NCBI GenBank assembly: GCA_003427395.1
Contig: BFEA01000018.1
Span: 53,604 to 117,603, forward strand
Direction of reading: 5' to 3'
DNA length: 64,000 bases
Origin: Chara braunii
Lineage: Eukaryota; Plantae; Charophyceae
Below are positions 23,728 to 35,830 of this stretch, piece by piece. Positions within the stretch are counted from its first letter, which is position 1; each line of letters starts with the position of its first letter. The notes beneath the pieces are model-generated. The model did no database searches and was not told where the DNA came from. It saw only the letters and a list, made by a program, of their open reading frames with translations. The position numbers and the translations under genes were made by a program.

Positions 23728-24452
23728 TTACGAATAAGCGGGCACCAGGCTATCACGTGCCCCACGGTGCCACACTTGAGGCACTGACGATGTCCATTTT
23801 GGATTGCCATTCCTCTCGGGTCATATTCATCTTTTTCTAAGGCCTTCCGAACGCAATGCCGGGGTGCTCGGGAAACGAGCGTGTCCTCTTCTACTTCTTC
23901 CACTGGTTTTGGCCTCCCTTGTTGGCCATGACAGCAGTGATGTCACCCTTCCCGGACTTATTGTTGCTATTACCTCCTCCTCTATGAAACACCCGCGAAC
24001 GCGTCCGCGGGGCCGAGCTCGGAGGGCGGACGTATATGCAGCAACCTCCTCGGCCGACCTGACCCACGTCGCGGACCCGATTTTACCAGAATTTTCCTGA
24101 ATTAAATAATAGGTAAAAAAAATAAAAAAATATGGGGTTGTAGGGAATTTTAAGCCCTATAACCCCATATTTGTTTTTTTGGAATTCGAATTTGTTTAGG
24201 ATTTTTAAAAAATCAAAAACTAAATTGGATTAAAAAAATAATAATAAAAAAAAAATAAAGAAAAACATGAACTTTTTTTTGTCATTTTTTATCATGAGAT
24301 ATATCGTCCCTGAATTCACCTGTATTTTTTTAAAAATGAATTTCTGTTTTTTGCAGTGGTATGAGGTGTTTAAAAAAAATGCAGTTGCAAAATTTAAAAA
24401 TAAATAAAGAAAAAACTTCAAAAAAGGGGTTTGATTGATTGATTGATTGATT

Positions 24453-24537
<85 letters not shown>

Positions 24538-26647
24538 NNNNNNNNNNNNNNNNNNNNNNNNNNNNNNNNNNNNNNNNNNNNNNNNNNNNNNNNNNNNNNN
24601 NNNNNNNNNNNNNNNNNNNNNNNNNNNNNNNNNNNNNNNNNNNNNNNNNNNNNNNNNNNNNNNNNNNNNNNNNNNNNNNNNNNNNNNNNNNNNNNNNNNN
24701 NNNNNNNNNNNNNNNNNNNNNNNNNNNNNNNNNNNNNNNNNNNNNNNNNNNNNNNNNNNNNNNNNNNNNNNNNNNNNNNNNNNNNNNNNNNNNNNNNNNN
24801 NNNNNNNNNNNNNNNNNNNNNNNNNNNNNNNNNNNNNNNNNNNNNNNNNNNNNNNNNNNNNNNNNNNNNNNNNNNNNNNNNNNNNNNNNNNNNNNNNNNN
24901 NNNNNNNNNNNNNNNNNNNNNNNNNNNNNNNNNNNNNNNNNNNNNNNNNNNNNNNNNNNNNNNNNNNNNNNNNNNNNNNNNNNNNNNNNNNNNNNNNNNN
25001 NNNNNNNNNNNNNNNNNNNNNNNNNNNNNNNNNNNNNNNNNNNNNNNNNNNNNNNNNNNNNNNNNNNNNNNNNNNNNNNNNNNNNNNNNNNNNNNNNNNN
25101 NNNNNNNNNNNNNNNNNNNNNNNNNNNNNNNNNNNNNNNNNNNNNNNNNNNNNNNNNNNNNNNNNNNAAACGCGTTTTTTTTTTCTTCATTTCTTATCGT
25201 CGGCAGTCCAACCGCTCCAACCAAAAGTTGTTTTTTTTCCATTTTTTTTTGTGTGGGGGTGTAGGACCGGGGATGCGCCGCCCAATGGTGCTTCCCGAAT
25301 CCCGAAACCCCCTCCCCCCTAGCCGCCACGTGGCGCCAAAGACGCACGTCCGCGCGGACGCGTCCGCGGGCTCGCGGCCGTAGACTTGGCCGCGCTTGTC
25401 CGCCACCGCAGGGGATTCATAGCTCCTCCTCCCTTAGACTCTTCCATAGGTAACTTCTCTACAGTTTCATCATCAAACAACACAAGCATATGGTCCTGGC
25501 GCTTTTACTGTCAAAGGACCCGCGTGCCATAACCACCTTCCGATCCCGACTTAACCACCGAAGCGTAAGTAAGACCCTTTTACGTGCACGGGTATTTGCT
25601 CTCGTTGGAGAGCGGGATCCCGAACTGCCGATACTTGTACTTTCCAAACTTCGATTATGCCATGAGCTGTCTAGAATAGGCTCGGGTAAAGCACGTGAGT
25701 AGATATAAAGGACCTGGTTGTCATGAAGGTTCAGTCCAGGTACCTGCAACAAACGATCAACTTCACGCGACAGTGAATCAATTGAAGATCAACGCTTCTG
25801 GCCAATGGTGGTGAGCTCGTCGAAAGTTTTATCGACTGTTGTCTAGTCGAGAAATCTCTCCTTAATCTTTTGGAGAAATTGTCTCAACGTCAGGGTCTTT
25901 GCCCACTTGCCTATATCCTCAAATCCAGTGGCATTGACTCCGACCAGTACCCATTCCTTGATCACTCCTCCCAGACAAGACGTGGAGAAAGCAACCTGAC
26001 TCTTAGACTCGACGGGTGCAGTACTACAATAAGTCTGTATCTCGGCAATCCACAACAACATATTTTCTTCATTTTTGTTATTGTAGGTAAACGACAATTT
26101 CATCTTAACCTTTTCTTTTTTTTTTGGCTTCTCCGCTTCTTTAACCGGTTCTTCCTTCTTAGCCGATTCTTCTTTCTAGTCGGCCGATTCTTCTTTCTTC
26201 TTGGTCGGTTCTTCTTTCTTTCTTGCCGGTTCCTCGGACTCTTTCTTCGAGGGTCCGGGTTTATCCTCCTTCTGCATTGCATCTTTCATAAGTTTATCCT
26301 GGGGTGGTTTCTTTTTCATTTCCCCCTTCTTCTCCTCCTCAGAGCCCACCTTGTCCTTTCCTTTCATCATTCTCTTCATACTTTCTAATGGGACATTGTT
26401 AGAGTCCATTTTTGTTTTCTTCAAGATAAACAAGATAAGCCGTAATAGATTGCAATACGGACGACATGTCAGTCTCAATTTCCTCGAAGTGAAACCGTTC
26501 CCTCATTTCCTTCAACATTTTCTCTTGTTGTTCTCTCTCTTCTTTCTTTCTTCCGAACTCTTCAATTCTTCTTCTTTCTTCCCTTAAGGTATTTTCTAGT
26601 TGTCTGACATTCTCTTCCGTTAGTTTCACAGGCGGTTGTGCTTCCAC
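23706..26647 (-). pseudogene. gag: gag, interrupted by a DNA element
   Basis: CCHC knuckle CLKCGTVGHVIAWC at about 23742-23783; capsid-like segment WIAEIQTYC...CLGG...EW...F....KERF at 25843-26103. Confidence 0.85.
23982..25422 (-). mobile_element. CTATGAA-family DNA element (copy Y)
   Basis: Termini CTATGAAACACCC ... GGGGATTCATAG; exact 8-bp TSD CTCCTCCT; homologous to copy X in reverse orientation. Confidence 0.92.
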
Positions 26648-27847
26648 TTTCTTTTCTTCTTTCCTCTCTTGTTCTTTTCCTTTCGGCTCATTTTTTCCAA
26701 CTGATCGGCGACATAGCGGTCCAGAGCCATACGCCCTTGTTTAATGAGTTCCTCGACTCGATGTCCGGTTTCCAGCACCCGAACACCAGTTTTTGCGGCC
26801 TCAAGTTCATCCTCTACTGCTCGCAGGTTGAGCTGTCCGTAAACGTGTTGTTCAACTACTAATCCGACACCATGTATCTCACCAAGTAGTTGTCGAAGAA
26901 GGCATTGTAATGTTTGCCTTCTTGCATCAATCTGTCCACGCGTCTTGAGATCCCCTACTTCTTCATCAGCGTAGACTATGAGACGGATAGGAAAGAAGAG
27001 AAGTGGAATGAACCGCGTCAGGATGGAGGCAAGCGGACATTTCCAGAGAGAGTTCATTTTTCCCTGCGTATATTTGCCGCACAATAAATAAAATCAAAAG
27101 ACAGAAATAAATTCCACAGCTCACGCAACTTGTACAACAAAAGAAATGAGGTCTCAATCAGTTTCTCTATCCTAACTTTGTTGTCTGTTTTCTGTGTGAT
27201 GACGTCCTAAAGTTACAGGTACAGGTACCGCAGCCACGGCCAGTGTGATCAAAACAGCAACACACTTGTGAGTACACACGACAACCATAGACAAATAATA
27301 GGTAAGTAGAAAGCCGGCACGACAATACAATCAATGAACCAGGTTAGCTCCTACTATACCATCTGCAGAAGCAATGCGACGTTCAACATAGTCTTTGCAT
27401 GCCACGTGTCACCCCTGGCATGCCAACACAACAATTAATCTACCACGTTAGCACATTAAGGACCGGGTAGGTCTACAAGGGGGGGATGCCACGTCAGCAA
27501 CACAGACCTGTCACACTCTCAACACTGGCGAACCATATCAGCACATCAATAACATGCCACATCATCAATCATGTGCCTCATCAGCGGTACCAGTCTCTCT
27601 GTCTGTACCTGTGCCACGTCAACACATTGTTAACGAAGCTCTCACTGGTATCTTGAAATCTTCAATACAACTACGTCATCATCTTCATGGAACGACTGCT
27701 CGCAGGTGCATTACTACAATGTCTAGACTTGCGATATGACCGCGCGTGTGAATAAACGTGTTTCGTTTTGCACATGCGGCACCTCTCACTTGCCTAGGTG
27801 CCACATCAACACCTGACAACAGTCAACAGATTGCGATGAAGAAGTTC

Positions 27848-27859
27848 GCTCTAATACCA
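27848..27859 (-). promoter_or_regulatory. Primer binding site (initiator Met tRNA type)
   Basis: TGGTATTAGAGC on the minus strand, 4 nt inside the 5' LTR boundary (canonical TGGTATCAGAGC). Confidence 0.85.
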
Positions 27860-27863
27860 AAAC

Positions 27864-29195
27864 TGTAATGAACCCAGTCTTGGCAGATACGAAGAAGTAG
27901 TCAAATATCAGTAGACTCAATATTTGAATCAAAGTCTTCAAATCGCGAAGTGATAACTTAAACAGTATCTCATTACCATTAAAAGGAAGAGAGTGGAGGG
28001 GGAACAAACAAACGAGAAGATGAGAGATCACACAGTAATAGACTCTTCAGATCTCTCTCCATCTTTAGTCTTCTTCCCTCTCCACGTCAACAATGACAAT
28101 ATGTATATTCTTCATCACACACAATAGTGCCACATGACACTTCATCTCATGAAGACTCTGAAGGCACAACAGATTTCCAATGACGACGTCAACCGCAGGT
28201 GAGTACCCGATTCCCTACATCTACAGATCACGATCTTCCTCCTCCTCGCAACCAGTCACCTCATGTAGACAGCGTGGACAATGCCACATCAACAATCGAA
28301 ACATATGCCATTCGTCATATCATCAATGTAGACCAGTAGCAGTGCCACGTAAACCAGAGGCAGCGCCACATCAGCATGCCATGTAGACCAGAGACAGCGC
28401 CACATATACCAGAGGGAGTGCCACATCAGCTTGCCACGTAGACCAGAGGCAGCGCCACATCAGCATGCCACGTAGACCAGAGGCAGCGCCACATATACCA
28501 GAGGCAATGCCACGTCAACATGCCACGTAGACCAGAGGCATCCCCACATATACCAAAGACAGCGCCACGTCAGCATGCCACGTAGACTAGAGGCAGCGCC
28601 ACATACACCAGAGGCAGCGCCACGTCAGCATGCCATGTAGACCAGAGGCAGCACCACACATACGAGAGGCAGTGCCACGTCAGCATAGCCTGGCGCACTG
28701 AGAAAGCACCAGCATGTTGTCTCCACCTCGTGCTGTCACCCGCAGCGCCTGCGCACAACCAGCATGTAGCCAGCGTCTAGCCAAAGTCGAGCCAGGTCAA
28801 AGCAGCATAGCAAGACTGAATGCGTTGACTTCCTCGAGGCCAGCCTTAAGTAGTAGTCAGCGAGGCTGTCTGGCCTCGGTGCATCTCCCCCCAGTCGTCT
28901 AGATTGATTTACAGCTGATGGCCCAGATTGTACAGTCGCAGACTTCTCCCTTGGGCCTGATGCTGTCTGGGTACCTGCGTACAAACAAGTATGTGCTTGA
29001 CCTGCCGCCTGGGCTAGGTACCTTTAGACTTTGACTGTTGCGTGGACCGACAGTTGACCAAAGTCAACTGTCACACGCCCAGACCCTGAATTCGTAAAGG
29101 GTCTTTTCTGCCCTGGTTCGGTCTGGGTTGAGGGCGGCCAAGTAGGGCTTTTGTTGACCCTCAGTTCCACGAGACATATGGCATAGGTTATTGCA
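27864..29195 (-). repeat. 5' LTR
   Basis: Direct repeat of 18733-20012, adjacent to the PBS. Confidence 0.95.
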
Positions 29196-29798
29196 TCTCC
29201 ACCACCAATCAATCAATCAATCAATCAACAACAAAAAAAACAAAAACGTGCACGTGCACGCGCGCGCGTGCGTGTGTGTTTGTGTGTGTTTGTGTATGTG
29301 TGTGTGTGTGAGGGGTGGTGCGGGGAGGGGGCGACCCCTCCCCCACCAATCAGTCAATCAATCAATCAATCAATCNNNNNNNNNNNNNNNNNNNNNNNNN
29401 NNNNNNNNNNNNNNNNNNNNNNNNNNNNNNNNNNNNNNNNNNNNNNNNNNNNNNNNNNNNNNNNNNNNNNNNNNNNNNNNNNNNNNNNNNNNNNNNNNNN
29501 NNNNNNNNNNNNNNNNNNNNNNNNNNNNNNNNNNNNNNNNNNNNNNNNNNNNNNNNNNNNNNNNNNNNNNNNNNNNNNNNNNNNNNNNNNNNNNNNNNNN
29601 NNNNNNNNNNNNNNNNNNNNNNNNNNNNNNNNNNNNNNNNNNNNNNNNNNNNNNNNNNNNNNNNNNNNNNNNNNNNNNNNNNNNNNNNNNNNNNNNNCCA
29701 CTGGCCACCACACGGCCGCAAAGTCGCACGGCCATGGCTGCGGGGTCGTGGCCCCGATCGCGGCCGCGGCCATGGCCGCCTCCGTGGGAGATTCATAG

Positions 29799-29990
29799 CT
29801 CCCATTGTCTTTGGTACAATCACTACCGGTAATTACCAAGGTCTGATTGCAGGTCGATCCATCATGTGCAATTAACAAATTGGCTCTAGATCCCATTTAT
29901 TGGTCATGGACCGTCCCCATGGGGAAACGTAGAAAGAGCACTCGCAATATTCACTCGCTGACAGTCAGATCAACGTACCGCATGTTGAGG
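29799..29990 (-). pseudogene. Old Gypsy RT fragment (part 2, N-terminal)
   Basis: The minus strand gives a degenerate WI.P...PW..PVVIVPK motif that precedes the 16011 segment. Confidence 0.6.
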
Positions 29991-30899
29991 CCTACACTGG
30001 AACTGAAAGATAGAATGTAAGCAAGGATGATCTGAGACATATTGAGTAGTTCAAAACTATTAAGATTAAACCAACAAAAATTGTCTCCCTACAGTGGCAA
30101 ATTGACCATCGATGCCTTCCCACAAATGATTGGCTAATAGACAGGACCTCGTTGGAAGAGAAGGGTATCGCTCTACCTCGGTGCAAGCTATGCTCCTCTG
30201 CATTCCCATCTAGGACCATTCCGGAAACCATCGAGCACATCTTTCTTCAATGCCCAGGCGCAGTTTGGTTATGGCGATGGTGGGATAGGATTTGGAGTTC
30301 CTTTAATACCCCCTTGAATTGGCCTTGGGACTGGAGAGCTCTGTTATGCGAGACATGGTCTCCAGATCAATTAAATGATTTCTCCCAAAACCTATTTATA
30401 ACCGGCAGAAGAGCCATTCTCTGGGCCCTCTGGCAACGTCGCTGTACTTTTGAACGGGAGGGTGCCAGGCTGGATGGTCCAGACTTTACGGAGTCGATTA
30501 AACTGCAGGTGAAAACTGTTATCACAGCTGAATGGGACAAAGTAAAAGAAAAAATTCAATTTCTGGCGAATAAAAAAGAACTCCAACAACACATCCAATT
30601 ATTCAGTGGCGCTTGGCTCGGAGGATCTCAAGGAGGTAAGATTGGATAGATCAAAGAGAGTGGGGTGAGGAGAGAGAACAGAGAATAGCATAGCGAAGAA
30701 ATTCAAAAAGACTACCGCCTGATATTCCATGATTGGACAAATGTGGATCCAACAGTACCACTTCGCCCTCTATCAGACTTCCCAGATCCCTTCCCACCCT
30801 CCTCATTATCCCTGGTCCCCATGAGTTGGTTTGGATACGAAAGAGGAGAATAATGGTATTTGTATGTTGTAACCAGCTAGATAACATTGTTGGTTCCGG
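29990..30899 (+). mobile_element. 3' fragment of LINE family A
   Basis: SLQWQIDHRCLPTNDWL...CKLC...ETIEHIFLQC (zf-RVT-type motif). The 3' end is lost in an N gap. Confidence 0.9.
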
Positions 30900-31459
30900 N
30901 NNNNNNNNNNNNNNNNNNNNNNNNNNNNNNNNNNNNNNNNNNNNNNNNNNNNNNNNNNNNNNNNNNNNNNNNNNNNNNNNNNNNNNNNNNNNNNNNNNNN
31001 NNNNNNNNNNNNNNNNNNNNNNNNNNNNNNNNNNNNNNNNNNNNNNNNNNNNNNNNNNNNNNNNNNNNNNNNNNNNNNNNNNNNNNNNNNNNNNNNNNNN
31101 NNNNNNNNNNNNNNNNNNNNNNNNNNNNNNNNNNNNNNNNNNNNNNNNNNNNNNNNNNNNNNNNNNNNNNNNNNNNNNNNNNNNNNNNNNNNNNNNNNNN
31201 NNNNNNNNNNNNNNNNNNNNNNNNNNNNNNNNNNNNNNNNNNNNNNNNNNNNNNNNNNNNNNNNNNNNNNNNNNNNNNNNNNNNNNNNNNNNNNNNNNNN
31301 NNNNNNNNNNNNNNNNNNNNNNNNNNNNNNNNNNNNNNNNNNNNNNNNNNNNNNNNNNNNNNNNNNNNNNNNNNNNNNNNNNNNNNNNNNNNNNNNNNNN
31401 NNNNNNNNNNNNNNNNNNNNNNNNNNNNNNNNNNNNNNNNNNNNNNNNNNNNNNNNNNN

Positions 31460-32008
31460 ATTCCTTGAAGGTGCTCATCCAGACATACAAAAAGTACGTA
31501 GGAAAAATCAAGAAAGAAAAAATTGATTGGGGGTGGCGAGTCTGGCGACCCCTCCCCAACAGATCAATCAGTCAATCAATCAATAGAAAAATGACAAAAG
31601 TTGAAAAAAAAAAAGACGTGATACTAGTTGAGTGATTAATTGGTTTATTGATTGACTGGCTGGGGCTCGTGGGGAAGGGGCGACCCCCCCTCAACAAATT
31701 AATCAATCAATCAATCAATCAATTCACAGAACAGTTCAAAAAAGGAGGACAAAAGCAAGTGGGGTTTTCCATTTTTTTTCACCCCCTATTTCCTATGAAT
31801 TTTATTATTTGCTTTTCCGACAGATCAGAGCGAAATTTTAGGGTCAGGTGCGCTAGGATGTGGGCTATCTACAGAAAGAAATTAAAAAAAAAGAAAAGAA
31901 AAGTTTGGCCCAGAAATGGGGTTTGGCGGGGCCTGAACCCCTTCCTGAACGACTGAACATTTGGAAGCTGGCCTGAGCCCTCCCAAATGTTCGAGCGGGT
32001 AACCCTGA
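31460..32008 (+). mobile_element. Partial hAT-like MITE with (TCAA)n
   Basis: Ends GGGTAACCCTG like E2 and shares the GGGCGACCCC..(TCAA)n module. Confidence 0.5.
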
Positions 32009-32929
32009 TTGAGTATATAATTTGTTCATATGTCATATATTATTTGTTTGTTTGTTTGTTTGTTTGTTTGTTTGTTTGTTTGTTTGTTTTTTCAAGGTCA
32101 TATATTATTTGTACATTTAGGCTACATTTTGTCCGATGACAGGACGGCCACAGTCAGAGGGTCCCGGACGTCCAGGCCCGGACAACTCCATTTTCAGTGA
32201 AAAAAACTTAAAAAAAGAAAAAAAAACTGGGGGTGTCTTGACTTTCATTTTTTATTTTAAATTTGATAATGAATTTCGATGTGACCCCAAGGCAAAACTA
32301 GTTCAGTCTATTCTTCTGCATAACATAATTTTTTTCGGGTTTTTTTTTTTTTTTTTTTTTTTGGCGCTCGGGCTCAGACAGACTGCCCCAGGACGACGTC
32401 TGACCAGTTGTCCTACCGGACAACCCTGAACTGTCGGGGGGTCCTGGACGTCCGTCCCAGTAACATAGTGTGTAAATACTAATCACAAAACAATGAAATA
32501 ATTCAGAAAATGGCAAAAGAAACATGTCAAAGCCTCAAAGGTATGTAAACATGAATGGATTGTTTTTTTTTTTTACCAATTGGAAGCACAGCTCTCTTGT
32601 ACAAGTGCAGTTTCAACACTTGAAAACTTATGAGAGCATGCTCTCTATGGTCCAGGAGCTCATCCGGACCTTGACTGAGTGTGCTCGTGCAATAATGAGC
32701 TTGTTGTTGGCCAAAAAGCTTGTCATCGCTGTACCTGAACTTGGACACGGATTGGCTGCGACAGTCCCCGGACCAGGGGGTTGCCCTCAGGCTGATGTCT
32801 GTTCTCCCCACCTCCTTTTCTCCTCTTCCAACCTAACATGGCCTTCCCTATTCTCCTACATTTCTATGCACACCATGCTTCTGCATCCTTGCCTGTGTCT
32901 GTCCAATGCGAAGCTCGAGTTCCATCAGT

Positions 32930-33202
32930 TTCTCAGACTCTATGATCTAGACGTGTTGCTGCCAGATGAGATAGCCTAAGGTTGGGATTGTCATTCGCAT
33001 GGTCTCGATGTGTCATCCCTTGTCTCGCCAGTGTAATCACCACTTCTATCTACTATGAACTCTTCATCTGATTCTCAGACTCTATGATCTAGACGTGTTG
33101 CTGCCAGATGAGATAGGTTGGGATGGTCATTCGCATGGTCTCAATGTGTCAGCCCTTGTCTCGTCAGTGTGATCACCACTTCGATCTAGTATGAACTCTT
33201 CA
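32930..33202 (+). repeat. Tandem duplication, ~140 bp x2
   Basis: TTCTCAGACTCTATGATCTAGACGTGTTGCTGCCAGATGAGATAG... occurs twice. Confidence 0.9.
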
Positions 33203-33787
33203 AGCGTTTCAAAGTGTTTGTTATCTTAGACTCCCCCCCCACACCAACACAGTGTGCAAGGGTCGGTGTCACTGTATATGGTTGACATCGCCAATTGAGT
33301 TCCTGGTGGTGATGCACGTGGAACTGGCCTGCAGCAGGGCTTGTGGAGCACCAGAAGAATAACAATTTATTTGTGTGCTCGCCCAGATATTTGCAAGCGC
33401 TGGGGTTCAATGGTGATTTGGCATTAGCTGGGAGTCGGGGCTCTCCTTGCCTGTGAATCACCTCCGGTCACGACTGGGGACCTTTTTGTGACCGGCGGCC
33501 GCGACCGTGGCCGGAAGTCGGGCTGCGGCCGATCAAGCTCCGGCTGTGACTTTCGGGGATTTTTTGGGGGGTTGAAAAAAATTCAAAAAAAAAACACAAA
33601 AAGTATGGACTGTATGGTGTTGCATATCTTTTTGATCTCTACAATGAATTTTTTTTTATAAATTTGACTTTGTTTTCGATTTAAAAAAAATCAAAAACTA
33701 ATTTTCCTGAGGCAAAAGTTGTCTAGTTTATTTTTTTGGTAAGAAAAACAATGGAATTTGTTTTGTTTTTGTTTTTCAAATTTGGTA

Positions 33788-33821
<34 letters not shown>

Positions 33822-34224
33822 CAAACAACGTCAGTCATGCATTAATCATTCAAACAGAGGCCAGGGACCTCACAATTCGACCCGGAGGTACTGACAGCAT
33901 CAGCCAGCTTAGCTTACAGGCCCAAGGCCTGCAGAAAGTCCTTGCTACCGACTTTCCAATCTCAACACTACTATTCTCGCCTGAAACAGCTTCTAACTCT
34001 TATCTAAAACTGAACTCAATAACTGGGAGCAAATAAATGATACCTGCAATTCTTCGTTGTTTCAACATTGCGCTTGCTTAACCTGGGCCTCTAGTCTGGA
34101 ACTAACTCGGCCCAGAGGACAGAGTCTGACGTCCATTCCTGCTGGCACTCCCCTACCGGCCCACAGTGGCCCTATTAACCAAGTGCCCTGGTTGTCACCA
34201 CAATCTTCCTAACTTAATGCATGC

Positions 34225-35713
34225 CTAACCGTTTCCCCGATTGCCTAACTGCTCTACCCAATGGGCGAGAACCAAACTTTTGTCTGGGTGAACACCTGCC
34301 AGCTGGTGGTTCTTTGCCCAGGTGTGCAGGAACCAGCGAAGTTGTCTGCTGTTCCCCCTGCCTGCCTTGGCCATCCTCCTCCAGACCACCCAGATTGCCT
34401 GCCTGAGACCCTTTTTAATGTGACTCTTGGTTTCCACGTCTGAAAACGGTTTCTGCTGGCATCGTGCTCTGTTCCTGTCCAGCCAAATCACCTCGCAGAT
34501 CAGGCCTCTTACCACGTTTGCGATGTATCCCCACCCTCTGCGGCCGTTTAGTGTGGAGGGAAGAAATCCCAACAGCACCCACCGCTCATTCCATTCCACC
34601 TCCTGACCTCCGAACTTCCTCCAATGATATTCCCACCATTTCCAGATCCGCTTGGATGCTGGACACTCCCACCATAGGTGTCGCGTGGATTCGAACGGCC
34701 ATCTGCACCTGGGACAACTCAATTCTACCTGCATTCTCCTACTGATCAGCCAAACTGCTGAGGGGGTTACTGTAGGGAGAGCAGCCAAAGAATACTTACT
34801 TGTTTACCGTTGGTAATCTGGTCAGATTTTCCCACAGATTCTCGAAGTCTTGTTCAGTCCCTACGAGTTCTCCTTGCAGCACAGCTAGCCACCTGGTTAC
34901 CGCCACTTTAGCTGGTGGTTTCAGGGATTTGGAGGCGATTTGGTAGCCAAGGGCAACTGTGTACTCCTGCATGCTTACTTCTTTACCTCTTGTTGCGTTG
35001 GCTGACCAAATCCAGGCCTAGGGATCGAACCGCAGGCTTCTCAGCGGCGCCTTGCCCACCCAAGAAAGGTGCTTAAACCACCAGTACCTCGCTCAGCTAT
35101 CGGCCGCGGGCCTTCCCGTATATGCGCCGCAGCCTTAGGGGGGTCGGCACGGGGAAGGCCCGATCGTAGCCAGAAAGCCGGGCCCCGCTTCTGTAGGGAC
35201 GACACAGTAGAGAAAAAAAAAAAAAAAAAGAAGGAAAAAAAAAAATGAAATACACAAACGAAAAAAAAAAGNNNNNNNNNNNNNNNNNNNNNNNNNNNNN
35301 NNNNNNNNNNNNNNNNNNNNNNNNNNNNNNNNNNNNNNNNNNNNNNNNNNNNNNNNNNNNNNNNNNNNNNNNNNNNNNNNNNNNNNNNNNNNNNNNNNNN
35401 NNNNNNNNNNNNNNNNNNNNNNNNNNNNNNNNNNNNNNNNNNNNNNNNNNNNNNNNNNNNNNNNNNNNNNNNNNNNNNNNNNNNNNNNNNNNNNNNNNNN
35501 NNNNNNNNNNNNNNNNNNNNNNNNNNNNNNNNNNNNNNNNNNNNNNNNNNNNNNNNNNNNNNNNNNNNNNNNNNNNNNNNNNNNNNNNNNNNNNNNNNNN
35601 NNNNNNNNNNNNNNNNNNNNNNNNNNNNNNNNNNNNNNNNNNNNNNNNNNNNNNNNNNNNNNNNNNNNNNNNNNNNNNNNNNNNNNNNNNNNNNNNNNNN
35701 NCTGCACGGCCTG

Positions 35714-35758
<45 letters not shown>

Positions 35759-35772
35759 TCTTTGGCCCCCCG

Positions 35773-35830
<58 letters not shown>

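Larger units (their letters stand above)
18733..29195 (-). mobile_element. Full-length degenerate Ty3/Gypsy chromovirus
   Basis: Paired TG..CA LTRs, Met-type PBS, and gag-PR-RT-RH-IN-chromodomain order on the minus strand. Confidence 0.95.
16012..29798 (-). mobile_element. CTATGAA-family DNA element (copy W) hosting a ~13-kb nest
   Basis: Termini CTATGTATCCCCC ... GGGAGATTCATAG; degenerate TSD CTTTCATC/CTCCCATT. The Gypsy RT continues across both ends, and the family hairpin is at 18423-18455. Confidence 0.75.

Noticed and set aside
32135-32470. CACTA element suggested by a ...CATAGTG right end
   Set aside because: No matching left CACTA terminus or 3-bp TSD was found.
32600-32830. Possible hAT dimerisation-domain remnant on the minus strand (P.SS...KLII...RMSSWTIESML), perhaps continuing at 44070-44990
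   Set aside because: Too degenerate to support without a profile search.
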